Assembly (NCBI GenBank): GCA_977017645.1
Contig: OZ360238.1
Span: 67,332,001-67,396,000 of the forward strand
Reading direction: 5' to 3'
DNA: 64,000 nucleotides
Origin: Torpedo marmorata
Taxonomy: Eukaryota
The notes beneath the pieces are model-generated. The model made no database searches. It was not told where the DNA came from and saw only the letters and a program-made list of their open reading frames with translations. Within the stretch, counting starts at the first letter, position 1; each line of letters begins with the position of its first letter. Of the stretch, positions 34,481 through 45,845 are shown piece after piece. The translations under genes and the position numbers were made by a program.

Positions 34481-34676
34481 AAGGTAAAGGTTCCATTATT
34501 GTCACGTAATACTACATTTAGAATGAAACTACATGAAATTCTTTAACTTTGTCTACCGTAAGGAAGACAGTCGCTACTTTGTCCAGCGCCCCTCACAGAA
34601 ATGAGGCCCCAGTGAGGAACGAACTCGCAACCCCTGATTTACAAGACCAGTGCTCTAACCACTGAGCTATGGAGGC
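34481..34676 (-). mobile_element. SINE-like chimera: complete tRNA-Thr head joined to the body/tail of the 5S-derived SINE
   Basis: tRNA followed by TTTCTGTGAGGGGCGCTGGACAAAGT...ACGTGACAATAATGGAACCTTTACCTT; inserted in a LINE. Confidence 0.8.
34604..34676 (-). tRNA. tRNA-Thr(TGT) retrocopy/pseudogene
   Basis: 73 nt GCCTCCATAGCTCAGTGGTTAGAGCACTGGTCTTGTAAATCAGGGGTTGCGAGTTCGTTCCTCACTGGGGCCT; cloverleaf with anticodon TGT; one acceptor-stem mismatch. Confidence 0.85.
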
Positions 34677-36399
34677 GTCGTTCTACAAGTGGGTAAGGAC
34701 GGAGTGGAGGCATAAGGCTATAAAATCATCGGTGCAACGGCTCTGCCTGTAGGCAAATTGAAATGGTCCAGCATCTCTGAGAGGTGTGCTTTGATACGTT
34801 CCATCACCAGACGCTCGAAGCATTTCATAATGGTGGAGGTCAGTGCCACTGGGCGGTCGTCTTTGAGACCTGTTACTGTTACCCTCTTTGGATGATGGTG
34901 GCTACCTTGAAATCCGTGGGGACAATGGACTGCTGCAGTGAGGTGTTGAAGATCTCCGCAAGGACCTCCATCAGTTGGTCAGCACGGTCCTTCAGTACCC
35001 GGCCGGGTATGATGTCTGGTCCCGCTGCCTTGTGTGGGTTCACCCTAAATAGGATTCTCCTCACCTCAGACATGGCTATGCAGGGGGCCTGTTCATCAGG
35101 GGGAGAAGGAGCTTTCTTTGGTGTCAGTCTGTTCTTCTTGTCGAACCGTACATAGAAGTTGTTCAGTCTGTTTGGAAGGGAGGCATTGTTGTCATTGATT
35201 CACAAGGTTCTTTTGTGGTTTGTTATTGTTTTGATATCTTGTCACATGCACCTCGTGTCACCGGTGTTGCACAGCTGGCAATGGATCCCCTGTGCGTAAC
35301 CACGCTTTGCCATCCGGATTGCACGGGAGAGTTCAGCCTTGGCTGATCTTAGTGCCAACATCATCTGTGCTAAAGGCTGCATCTCGAGCTCTAAGAAGAG
35401 CATGGACCTCTGCGTCCAACCATGGTTTCTGGTTAGCCCTGGTTGTGTGGCATTAGATCTCCGTGACATCCTCGATGCACTTGCTGATGTAGCCAGTCAC
35501 TGAGCTCGTGGACTCCTCGATGTTTATATGTTGTAGGTGGCCGCCTCCCTGAAACAGCTCCAATCCGTGGTCTCAGAGCAGTCCTCTAGCGCAGCTGTGC
35601 CGCCCCCCTCCGGTCACGTCCTGATCCCCTTACGAACTGACCGTTTATTTTTCCAGCGGTCTGTATGCCGGAGTTAGCAGGATGGATATGTGATCCGAGG
35701 TGGGGCGAGGAGTAACCTTGAATACACGAGGTATGTTGGTGTATACTTGATCTAGGGTGTTCTCTCCTTTGGTGGAAAAGTGGACATGCTGTTAAAATTG
35801 TGGTAGAACAGTTTTCAGGTTGGCATGGTTGAAGTCGCCAGCTACAATCATGCAACCATCAGGGTGAGACGTCTGGGTTTCGAAGATGGCACCATAAAAC
35901 TCCTTCATTGCTTCACCCTCATTCGCCGAAGGCGGAACGTAAACTGGGGTAATCAGTGTAGCTGAGAATTTCCTGGGCAGGTAGAAGGGTCTGTATTTCA
36001 CCATCAGGTACTCTATCTCTGCTGAGTAGAAATTCTTTACAACGGAGACATTTATGCACTAGTTCTCACTGATTTAAATGTACAGACCCCCCCAACCCAC
36101 ACCACCACCCCCGCCTCGAATCTTGCCAGATGTAGCAGCATCTCTGTCTGCCCTGAGTGTATCTCTTAATGTTGATTAAGAGATGAATATTGGCCAGGGG
36201 AAACACCAGTTATTACGAATTGGCCATTCTTCAGAACAATGCATGGAATCAATTCATCTGGGGTGCGGGGAGGGAGGGGTGGGTGGTGCTTGGTTCCATA
36301 CCTTTTTGCAATTACTGCATTTCCAAAGGTGTAGCATTGGAATATCAGCTTGTATTTTAGTGCTTGGATTTCTGCCTTAGAAATGAGAGTACTAAACCC

Positions 36400-36742
36400 T
36401 CCCTACCTCGTAACCCTCTGTTTTTCTTTCATCCATGTGCCCATCTGAGAGTCTCTTAAATGCCCCTATTGTTACAGCCTCCACCACTACCCCTGGCAAG
36501 GCATTCCAGGTACACACAAGTCTCTGTGTTAAAAAACTTACCCCTGATGTCTCCCCAAAACTTTCCTCCCTTCACTTTGTACAGATGTCCCCTGATGTTT
36601 GCTATTCCTACCCTGGGAAAAAGGCGCTGACTGTCCACCTTATCTATGCCTCTCAGAATCTTGTAGACCTCTATTAAGTCTCCTCTCATCCTTCGTTCCA
36701 AAGAGAAAAGTCCCTGCTCTGCTAACCTTGCCTCATAAGACT
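36400..36742 (-). mobile_element. CR1/HER1 LINE 3' fragment
   Basis: SYEARLAEQGLFSLERRMRGDLIEVYKILRGIDKVD. Confidence 0.85.
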
Positions 36743-36744
36743 TA

Positions 36745-36838
36745 TTAACATATATGTTAATTAACATAACATACATTAACATACAAACATGCTTAACATA
36801 CGTTAATTGACATAACATACATTAACATTCAAACATGC
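36745..36838. repeat. AT-rich TAACATA tandem duplication
   Basis: Two similar units of about 47 bp. Confidence 0.7.
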
Positions 36839-39142
36839 ACACACATTTCTTTCCCTCTCTCTCTCCCCTTACTCTTCCTGTCCATTCTCATAACTCTTAT
36901 GACATCTGATAGTCTTGGAGCTCAAATGATGTTGGAATTGGGGTTGGTGTGGGTGCGAGTGAGGTGGGTACTGCTGACAACATGAACCCTCAATGTAATC
37001 CTTAGAAAACTAATCATCTGTGACACATAGTTTAAGAACTACTGCTCCACAGCAATAGACAACCAGGGAAAAAAAAATAGGTCTTTGTATTATTGTAATT
37101 GAATAGTTGAGGTTGTCTGCTTTAAATTATATTCATAACTTCCCTTGTTCCCAGCAGTTGCATGTCAACTTATACCAATAAACATGCATCAAGTGATACT
37201 GAGAAACTAGACAATTACTTTGCAACATTATTATACACTCTATGACAGACACTAAATTCATAAATAATGCTTCATACTTTGAAAGAGCAATCTTTTATGA
37301 TATAAAATTTAACCGATATTCTGTTTTATTGCTTATATCTTTGCTATTTACCTGGAAATTAACTTCAAAAAGTACTTCAAATTTTATGGTAACAATAGCA
37401 ATTTTAAAGATTAAACTATGTTCTGTAAAATAACATGACCCAAAGGCCTAATTTGTCAGTGCTTGCATATGTGGATTAAACATTGTAATATTATCTGTAC
37501 TATTGCATCTCAAGATTGGATTACTCAGTACATGTTCTGTGCAGACATTCATTTCTGCAGCAGCTCAATAAACCTGTTTAAAGATTAAGAACTAAATTGT
37601 AAAGCTGACAGATAAACAAGCTCTTAATGAGCCTTTATGGAATAGTTGCTAATGAAACCAAAGGTGGCTGTGAGCATTTCTTCAAGCTCCTTTCAACATG
37701 ACTAATGAACCTCTAACCCCATAACTCTTCTGTGCTTAAATTGTCTCCGCTTAAACATAGAAACTGGTGCATCACCACATTCATATCATTGTGCCACGCT
37801 GTTTCTTTTCTGGTTTCCTTAATCAATGCTTAAAGAAAGCAGTTAATCCTTCCTGTCCCTTTACGTATTTCATGAAACTTAAGATATTTAGACAGTGACA
37901 AATGTGTACTTGTAATTAGCTATCATTCAGGATTCACTTTCGTTGTCAGGAAGTCTTTAATTTGCTAAATTTGCTGTATTGAGATACTTAAAACTGCTGC
38001 TAACTGCTTATTTGGCTGGATCAGTTCCTGTTGATTAACAGCATCACATAGCTGGTTCGTCTTGTCTTATAATCAGGCCTTCATCAGAATAAAGCTCTTC
38101 ATTATATAGAATGAGAAGAAATCTTAACCAGGCAGTTTAGATTTAATCAACTGTAAATATTTTACGAGCAATCACTTAGAACCAATAAATGGGGCAGGAG
38201 AAGAGACACGAACCTCGGGTTCAATTGCAATGGTACCAGGTGACTGTGTGGGTTTTGCAGTTGAAGGGTGGTTTGAGCAATTATTCAAATACACATGTAA
38301 TTTGTATTCCTACTGTTATTTACACTCCATTCATTATCCTTCTTAAATCATATAATGGAGGAACCTGCTTGAAAAAAAAGTTTTCTCATCCTGGATTGTG
38401 AATGGTGTTTGTGTGCTGGACTTTTGTGCATTGCATGAGTCTCCGAATGGGTTACAGCATGATTTTTGAAATGGATATGTCAACCCATAAAGGGATATCA
38501 TATTTTGAAACATGCTTTACTGGAATCAGGCTGTCGTGATTTGCAAAACTACCAAATATGCTCAGAAAGATCAACTGCAATGTTAATTATATCAAATCCA
38601 AGAAAAATCTGATGTCTTTGAAGTACCTAGTGCAACATATTCTTATCATTTGTGTCTAAACTTGAAAATGATTTTCCATATTAGGCCTCCAGTCGTAATG
38701 GAAAAATCTCTAAAATTAAGAGCACGGAATCTTATTTTTATTATTTTGAGAGAACTGGGCTTATGTGAGTCGTCTCAAGTAACACCCCAACACCAGACTA
38801 TTAAAATTAATCGCTGTAGTCAGTTGCAAAGATGTTATTTCTCAGAGGTAAAACATGCTGGCCCAGATCAGACAGTGGGAATCAGACTTGGTTATCAAAG
38901 AATTTACCTGGGCCGTGTGTTTTGAAATAGTAATTCTGCTAGTTGTATGCCCACGAGCCATTTAGTGGATTAAAGTCTCAACTCCACAATTCCACACTGG
39001 AACTGTTGCTTCTACTATAGAGGAACTCCTGGTTTATTGCTGTGTCACTGCATTAATGGGAGTAACAATGGCATCAGTGTTCCTGGACAGGAGAAGGGAG
39101 GAAAACCTAGCCGGGGCATTTAGTGTCAAACCAGTGTCTTTG

Positions 39143-42100
39143 TGTGGTAAACCACTGTATTTGTATTGGTGTGTTGTGGTGTGCTCTAGTATTGCAGGCC
39201 GGACTGATACCTACTCCCTCCCCTCCCTTGGGTGTCCAGGTAATCCCTCCCCTTCCTCACCTGAATAAAGGCCACTGTATTTGGCCCACCCCCTTCAGTC
39301 CGGATCTGATCGAGTGGTAAGCACGGCTCCATTCTTTGATAATAAAAGCCTATGATTTACTCGCTCTCTATGATTCAGTCTTTGAGTAATCATTGATAGG
39401 CCTATCAATTTTATTATCAAAGTTGTTTTTTTTTCCGATGGAAGGAGCACTACGGCCAGCTATCCTCGACCTCGATCACCTAGCTCCTGATGCCGGTAAC
39501 GTCTTTGAACACTGGTTGCGATGTCTTGAATCGTTTATGGAAACCATCGAAGCCGTAACCGAAGCGCAGCGACTGAAGGTCCTCATCTCCAGGGTAAGCT
39601 CCCGTGTGTACGTTACCATAAGAGACTGTGCGGATTACACGAGGGCTATGGAGGCCCTGAGAGGAATCTACCTGTCGCCGGTCAACGCGGTCTACGCACG
39701 GTACCGACTCTACACCCGAGGGCAGCGAGCAGGGGAATCGACCGTTGAATATGTCAGGGCAATACAGTCACTAGCACGGGCGTGCGACTGTAAAGCCCAG
39801 ACTGCGGAGGAACACCTGCGAGTGGTGGAGCGAGATGCCTTCATCATGGGGCTCAGGTCGGTATATGTGCGCCAGAGACTGCTAGAGCACGCCGACCTGG
39901 ACTTTAAAGGGGCCGTTGCGATGGTCTGCACGCTGGAGAACGCACAAAGGAACTCCGACGCCATGCAACCCCGCGACTCTCAGGCCACAACGTGGTCAGC
40001 CCCATCCCCCAGCCCTGCTAACGAAATGACCGCCGCTGTCGCCATCCGCGCCGACCCGACCGCTACCGCGATCCTCACCGCCGCTGCAGCCAGCCGCGAG
40101 CCCGAGAAGTGCTACTTCTGCGGGCTGGAGAAGCACCCGCGGAAGCGCTGCCCGGCCCGCGACGCGACTTGTTCCGGATGCGGCAGAAAAGGCCACTACG
40201 TGAAGGCCTGCCGCTCCAAGTCGCGCCCGGGCCTGAACAGCGCCGCGTGCGAGCTGAGGGGGCAGCCATCCGCTTACCTGAGGTTGCTTCCGGAGTCGGC
40301 CTCGTGCGAGCTGCGGGGGCAGCCATCTTTCCGCCGGGAACTTCCGGAGTCGACCTCGTGCGAGCCGCGGGGGCGGCCATCTTTAATGCTGGCACTTCCG
40401 GCGCCGCCCGCATCGGTACTTCCGGCCATACTGCCGCCGCCATCTTCCAGCAGCGACACGTGCGAGCCACGGGAGCGGCCATCTTTGTCGGTGGTGGAGG
40501 ATGAAGATGAAGAATACTTAGCGACGCTTGCCTCAGTCACCCTCGACCAGAGTGTCCCGCACCAGCTATCAAGATCGATGATGGACATTCTGGTGGAGGG
40601 CCACAAGACCACATGCCTCTTCGATACGGGCAGTACGGAGAGCTTCATCCACCCGGACACTGTCCAGCGCTGTGGCCTCACTACCATACCGGTAAGCCAG
40701 AGGGTGGCCATGGCGTCTGGGTCACACACAACAGACATCCGGGGGGCTTGTGTGGCTGATATTGTGGTACAGGGGACAAAGTACAAACATTTTTCCCTCT
40801 TTATTATGGATCGTTTATGTGCACCTGTATTGTTGGGACTCGATTTTCAGAGCCACTTGCGCAGTGTCACTATGCGGTACGATGGTCCGCACCCGGCGAT
40901 CACTGTAGTCAACCACCAGTTCCTTAATAATGAGCCCCAGACTACCTGTGGTCTCTCCACTCTTAAGATCTCGCCTCCGTCGTTATTCGCCAACCTGACC
41001 CCGGACTGTAAGCCTGTGGCGACCAAGAGCAGGCGTTACAGCTCGGGGGACAGGGCGTTTATCAAGACGGAGGTACAGAGGTTGCTGCAAGAGGGGATTA
41101 TTGAAAGGAGCAATAGTCCCTGGAGGGCCCAGGTGGTCGTAGTAAAAGGGGCCAAGAGTAGGATGGTGGTGGACTACAGTCAGACGATTAACCGGTTCAC
41201 CCTGTTGGACGCATATCCGCTACCGAGGATTGCGGATATGGTTAATCAGATCGCCCAATATAAGGTCTTTTCCACAATCGACCTAAAGTCCGCGTACCAT
41301 CAGCTCCCTATCCGTCGGGAGGACCGCCAGTACACTGCGTTTGAGGCTGACGGGAAACTGTTCCACTTCCTGCGGGTTCCGTTCGGGGTTACTAATGGTG
41401 TTTCTGTGTTCCAGCGGGAAATGAACAACATGGTAGAGGTATATAAACTTCAAGCCACCTTCCCGTACCTGGACGATATCACCATCTGTGGGCTGGATCG
41501 TCAGGATCACGACGCCAATCTCCGGAAGTTCCTGCAGGCGGCTAAAGCACTAAACCTGACATACAATAAAGATAAATGTGTGTTCGGTACCACGCGCCTC
41601 GCTATTTTGGGGTACGTGGTAGAGAACGGGGTGATTGGGCCAGACCCCGATCGCATGCGCCCCCTACTGGAACTTCCACTACCCCCCACCCCCAAAGCAC
41701 TCAAGCGATGCCTCGGTTTCTTTTCCTACTATGCACAGTGGGTACCGAATTATGCAGATAAGGCCCGACCCCTGGTGAAATCCACCGTATTCCCCCTCGA
41801 CTCGGAGGCACGTAAGGCCTTTGACCTTATAAAGGGGGACATTGCGCGAGCAACAATGCACGCGGTGGATGAGGAGATACCTTTCCAGGTGGAGAGTGAC
41901 GCGTCGGACTTCGCACTGGCTGCTACCCTCAACCAGGCGGGAAGGCCGGTGGCGTTTTTCTCCCGCACCCTTCAAGGCCCCGAAATTCGGCACTCCGCCG
42001 TGGAGAAAGAAGCCCAGGCCATTGTGGAAGCAATCAGGCACTGGAGGCACTATCTCGCAGGCAAGCATTTTACCCTGCTGACCGACCAACGCTCGGTAGC

Positions 42101-43727
42101 ATTCATGTTCAGCAACCAGCAGCGGGGTAAGATCAAAAATGATAAAATTATGATGTGGAAAATAGAACTCTCCACCTATAACTACGACATCCGCTATCGG
42201 CCCGGGAAGCTCAATGAGCCCTCAGACGCTCTATCCCGGGGATCATGCGCCAGCGCGCAGATCGACCGATTACACGCCCTACATGACCTCCTCTGTCACC
42301 CAGGAGTTACCAGGCTCTTCCACTTTGTGAAGGCTCAGAACCTGCCATACTCCCTGGAAGAGGTCAGGGCTTTGACCAGAGACTGTCGGGTTTGCGCAGA
42401 GTGCAAACCTCAGTTCTACCGCCCGGACAGGGCACAGCTGATCAAAGCCACGCGCCCCTTCGAACGTCTCAGTATTGACTTCAAGGGGCCCCTTCCCTCC
42501 ACGAACCGCAACGTGTACTTCCTAAACGTTGTCGACGAGTACTCGCGGTTCCCCTTTGCCATCCCCTGCCCCGACACGTCAGCTGCCTCAACCATAAAGG
42601 CTCTCCACCAGGTATTCACGCTGTTTGGTTTCCCAAACTACATACATAGCGACCGGGGAGCAGCTTTTATGAGTGAGGAGCTGCGCAGGTACCTGCAGGA
42701 CCGAGGCATCGCCACCAGCAGAACTACAGCATATAACCCCCGAGGAAATGGACAGGTGGAAAGGGAGAACGCCACGGTATGGAAGGCCGCGCTCCTAGCC
42801 CTTACGTCAAAGGGCTGGCCGGTCTCCCGCTGGCAAGACGTTCTCCCCGAAGCCCTCCACTCTATCCGGTCCCTTTTGTGCACTTCCACCAACGCAACCC
42901 CTCATGAACGATTTTTTTCCTTCCCCAGGAAGTCGTCCACCGGAACCTCCCTACCTGCCTGGCTGATGTCCCCGGGACCAGTGCTGCTCCGGAACCACCT
43001 TCGGGGCAGCAAATATGAACCAACGGTTCAGAGGGTGCAGTTGGCGCACGCCAACCCCCAGTATGCATATGTGGTCTTCCCGGATGGACGAGAAGACACC
43101 GTCTCCATACGAGACCTTGCGCCCGATGGGGCGCCAGAGCGGCATTCCGACGGGCAAGACCACAGACTGCAAAACCACCCAACACAACCCCTTCCTAACA
43201 TCCCATCCGATGTGCTAGACCCCGCCCCCTCAACGCAAGCACGCCGAGAGGCCAGGCAGGAGGCACAGACGAACCTACCACCTCCCCCATCACCAATTTC
43301 CCCAGCACCACAACCCGACCCGCCACTACGCAGGTCCCAGCGGAACATTCGGCCGCCGGATCGCCTCGACCTGTGAGGAGGGGTCTATATGTATATATGT
43401 ATATATGTTTTCCGCATGTAGAGTGGTCACGTCACCCCGCTGGACTCTTTCTAAAAAGGAGGGGTGAATGTGGTAAACCACTGTATTTGTATTGGTGTGT
43501 TGTGGTGTGCTCTAGTATTGCAGGCCGGACTGATACCTACTCCCTCCCCTCCCTTGGGTGTCCAGGTAATCCCTCCCCTTCCTCACCTGAATAAAGGCCA
43601 CTGTATTTGGCCCACCCCCTTCAGTCCGGATCTGATCGAGTGGGAAGCACGGCTCCATTCTTTGATAATAAAAGCCTATGATTCACTCGCTCTCACAGTC
43701 TTTGAGTAATCATTGATAGGCCTATCA
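39143..43727 (+). mobile_element. Full-length, apparently intact Gypsy/Ty3 LTR retrotransposon
   Basis: LTRs 39143-39407 and 43469-43727 (TG...CA, nearly identical); 5-bp TSD CTTTG; PPT AAAAAGGAGGGGTGAA; single open gag-pol ORF. Confidence 0.97.
39438..43376 (+). CDS. Gypsy gag-pol polyprotein (gag, two Zn knuckles, protease, RT, RNase H, integrase)
   Basis: First ATG at 39438; CYFCGLEKHPRKRC and CSGCGRKGHYVKAC; LFDTGS; VPFGV and YLDD; ESDASD; HDLLCHPG...CRVC; IDFKGP, SDRG, NGQVER. Confidence 0.95.
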   Translation: MEGALRPAILDLDHLAPDAGNVFEHWLRCLESFMETIEAVTEAQRLKVLISRVSSRVYVTIRDCADYTRAMEALRGIYLSPVNAVYARYRLYTRGQRAGESTVEYVRAIQSLARACDCKAQTAEEHLRVVERDAFIMGLRSVYVRQRLLEHADLDFKGAVAMVCTLENAQRNSDAMQPRDSQATTWSAPSPSPANEMTAAVAIRADPTATAILTAAAASREPEKCYFCGLEKHPRKRCPARDATCSGCGRKGHYVKACRSKSRPGLNSAACELRGQPSAYLRLLPESASCELRGQPSFRRELPESTSCEPRGRPSLMLALPAPPASVLPAILPPPSSSSDTCEPRERPSLSVVEDEDEEYLATLASVTLDQSVPHQLSRSMMDILVEGHKTTCLFDTGSTESFIHPDTVQRCGLTTIPVSQRVAMASGSHTTDIRGACVADIVVQGTKYKHFSLFIMDRLCAPVLLGLDFQSHLRSVTMRYDGPHPAITVVNHQFLNNEPQTTCGLSTLKISPPSLFANLTPDCKPVATKSRRYSSGDRAFIKTEVQRLLQEGIIERSNSPWRAQVVVVKGAKSRMVVDYSQTINRFTLLDAYPLPRIADMVNQIAQYKVFSTIDLKSAYHQLPIRREDRQYTAFEADGKLFHFLRVPFGVTNGVSVFQREMNNMVEVYKLQATFPYLDDITICGLDRQDHDANLRKFLQAAKALNLTYNKDKCVFGTTRLAILGYVVENGVIGPDPDRMRPLLELPLPPTPKALKRCLGFFSYYAQWVPNYADKARPLVKSTVFPLDSEARKAFDLIKGDIARATMHAVDEEIPFQVESDASDFALAATLNQAGRPVAFFSRTLQGPEIRHSAVEKEAQAIVEAIRHWRHYLAGKHFTLLTDQRSVAFMFSNQQRGKIKNDKIMMWKIELSTYNYDIRYRPGKLNEPSDALSRGSCASAQIDRLHALHDLLCHPGVTRLFHFVKAQNLPYSLEEVRALTRDCRVCAECKPQFYRPDRAQLIKATRPFERLSIDFKGPLPSTNRNVYFLNVVDEYSRFPFAIPCPDTSAASTIKALHQVFTLFGFPNYIHSDRGAAFMSEELRRYLQDRGIATSRTTAYNPRGNGQVERENATVWKAALLALTSKGWPVSRWQDVLPEALHSIRSLLCTSTNATPHERFFSFPRKSSTGTSLPAWLMSPGPVLLRNHLRGSKYEPTVQRVQLAHANPQYAYVVFPDGREDTVSIRDLAPDGAPERHSDGQDHRLQNHPTQPLPNIPSDVLDPAPSTQARREARQEAQTNLPPPPSPISPAPQPDPPLRRSQRNIRPPDRLDL

Positions 43728-44994
43728 CTTTGAATGAAAGATGTATGTATCTTGGTGTCATGTGAAAATAGCACTGGGATCCGTTGTAAATCCTCCCCAG
43801 GGCAAAGTAAATTGCTAGGTTATTTCATTGGAATAATAATCTGTCTGGCCCAATAGAATGAGCTCAAATCCTATTTCCCCATCCAGAGAATTTAAATATC
43901 ACCCTTTTGTTTAATAAACTGGAATAGAAGGCTAATATCAGTAATGGTGACCATGCAACTAACCGACAGACTTGAAAAAAACATATCATTCACTAAACCT
44001 CTGAGGAAAGGAAGTTTCCCATCCTTACATGTCTGGCCATTTAGACCGCAGGACAACAGCAATACAGTTGTCTCTTCAAAGCCCTCTGAAAAGGCCAGCA
44101 AGCTAATCAGTTATATTAAAAAAAACTGCTAGAAACTATGGGAATACCTTTGCCATTCAAGAAACCAGCTCTAAACTTGGGCACATATTGCTGATGTTAT
44201 CAGGGATATATCACATTCCTCCAAATTCTGGATATTAAACCATTCGGAGTGTAATGTGTTTGTGTTTGCTGATGACAAAAAGCTAGGGGCTTTGAGTCAG
44301 GGGTTAAGTTTGTTGGTTAAGGGTTCAGAGGCCTACACCAGAACTTGGGTAGGAGGGAAAGGTCTGTTGCCAGAGATTAAGCCAAGGAACAGGTCAGAAA
44401 GATCTGGATCAGTGGTGAGGCTTAGCAGAAGGATCAGTGGTTGAAACCAATGAGATCCTTCTGGATGTCTTGCCAATTTGTGAGGTTGATATGGAAATTA
44501 AAATGGTGGTACAACTCTTAATGATGCACAATGTTACTTGCCATGTCAGCTACTGTCCCTATCCATAAGAGGCCTACATGGAGTAAATTTGAAGGCTTTA
44601 TCTTCCTTTGCAGGGTGGCCAAAAAAACAGGGTGCAAATATTTAAAGGGCTTGGCAGTAAGATTACAGGAAAAATTAGGAAAAGCTGTTTTCACCTGTGG
44701 GGTACTTGAAGTCTCAGCCTGAAGATGGTAGAGGGAGAAACTTCCACCAGTTGAAGAGCAGTGGCTTGCAGGACTATGGACTTGGTGCTGGAACATGGTA
44801 TTAGATTGGGTCACTCTTTATCCACCAATAAAAATGGTGTGCGTTGTATTGTAAAGTTTCTGTGATTTGCTGTTTCTTTACTTCTTCCCGGGGTAGTGCA
44901 AACAAAATGTTCAATTAACTGTCAGCTTCTTGCTGAAATCTTCCTGAGTATGCCATGGAAAATATAGTTATTATTGAATGAATTGTGCTCCCGT

Positions 44995-45660
44995 TGAGGT
45001 CTCCTCTACATCGGAGAGACTGGGCGCAGACTGGGAGATCGCTTTGTTGAGCACCTCGGCTCTGTCCACCACAATAGTGTGGATCGCCCAATGGCCACCC
45101 ATTTCAATTCTCCATCCCATTCCCTTGCTGACATGTCTGTCCATCGTCTCGTGCACTGCCAGACTGAGACCACCCACAAATTGGAGGAACAACACCTCAT
45201 CTTCTGTCTGGCACCATCCAACCAGATGGCATCAACCCATCTGCCGATATTCTTCCATACCTTGATGAAGGGCTCAAGCCCGAAACGTCGGTTATGTATT
45301 TTTACCTTTGCTACATAAAGAACACTGTTTGACCAGCTTAGTTTCTCGAGCATTTTGTGTTTTGACTTCTCTGGTTTCCATTAAGCACACCCCCCCCCCC
45401 TCCCGTCTTCTTCCCCGTCACCTTACCCCCAGCTCCGTCCCTCTCTCTCTCTCTCTCTCTCTTCCCTTTTCCCTCTGTCTCCTTTCACAGAGCCAAAATC
45501 AATTCTCAACTCTCCTCTTATCATATCCAATTAACACCTTTTGTTGGTCTGGACTCCACCCCCTGCCAGTCTTCATTCTTCATTCTAACGCCTTCCTGTT
45601 CTTTACTTATTCCTTGAAGAATGGCTCTGGCCCGAAACGTCGATAATATATCTTTACCTC
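44995..45660 (+). mobile_element. Penelope fragment: GIY-YIG endonuclease C-terminal half plus terminal repeats
   Basis: LLYIGETGRRLGDRFVEHLGSV...MATHFNSPSHSLADM...KLEEQHLIFCL, followed by GATGAAGGGCTCAAGCCCGAAACGTCG. Confidence 0.85.
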
Positions 45661-45845
45661 TGTTGGCAGTTTTCCTGAGATAACGGGAAGTATAGATGGA
45701 GTTGATGGAGTGAAGTTTGGTTTGTGTGATGTCCTGAGCTTTTGCAGTTTCTTGCGGTCTTGGGTAAAGTAGTTCCTGTACCAAGCATCCGGACAGAATA
45801 CTTTCTATGGTGCATGTGTAAAATTTGGTAAAAAACCTTGGGGAC
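45661..45845 (-). mobile_element. Rex1-type LINE fragment
   Basis: KFYTCTIESILSGC. Confidence 0.65.

Larger units (their letters stand above)
34130..36160 (-). mobile_element. Decayed Rex1/Babar LINE including APE endonuclease and RT
   Basis: RPFYLPRKF...VYVPPSAN...IVAGDFNHANL endonuclease; KAAGPDIIPGRVLK and STGTPQSCVLSP RT motifs. Confidence 0.85.

Noticed and set aside
39393-39437. ORF-track N-terminal extension of the Gypsy polyprotein
   Set aside because: Starts at TTG inside the LTR; the first ATG is at 39438
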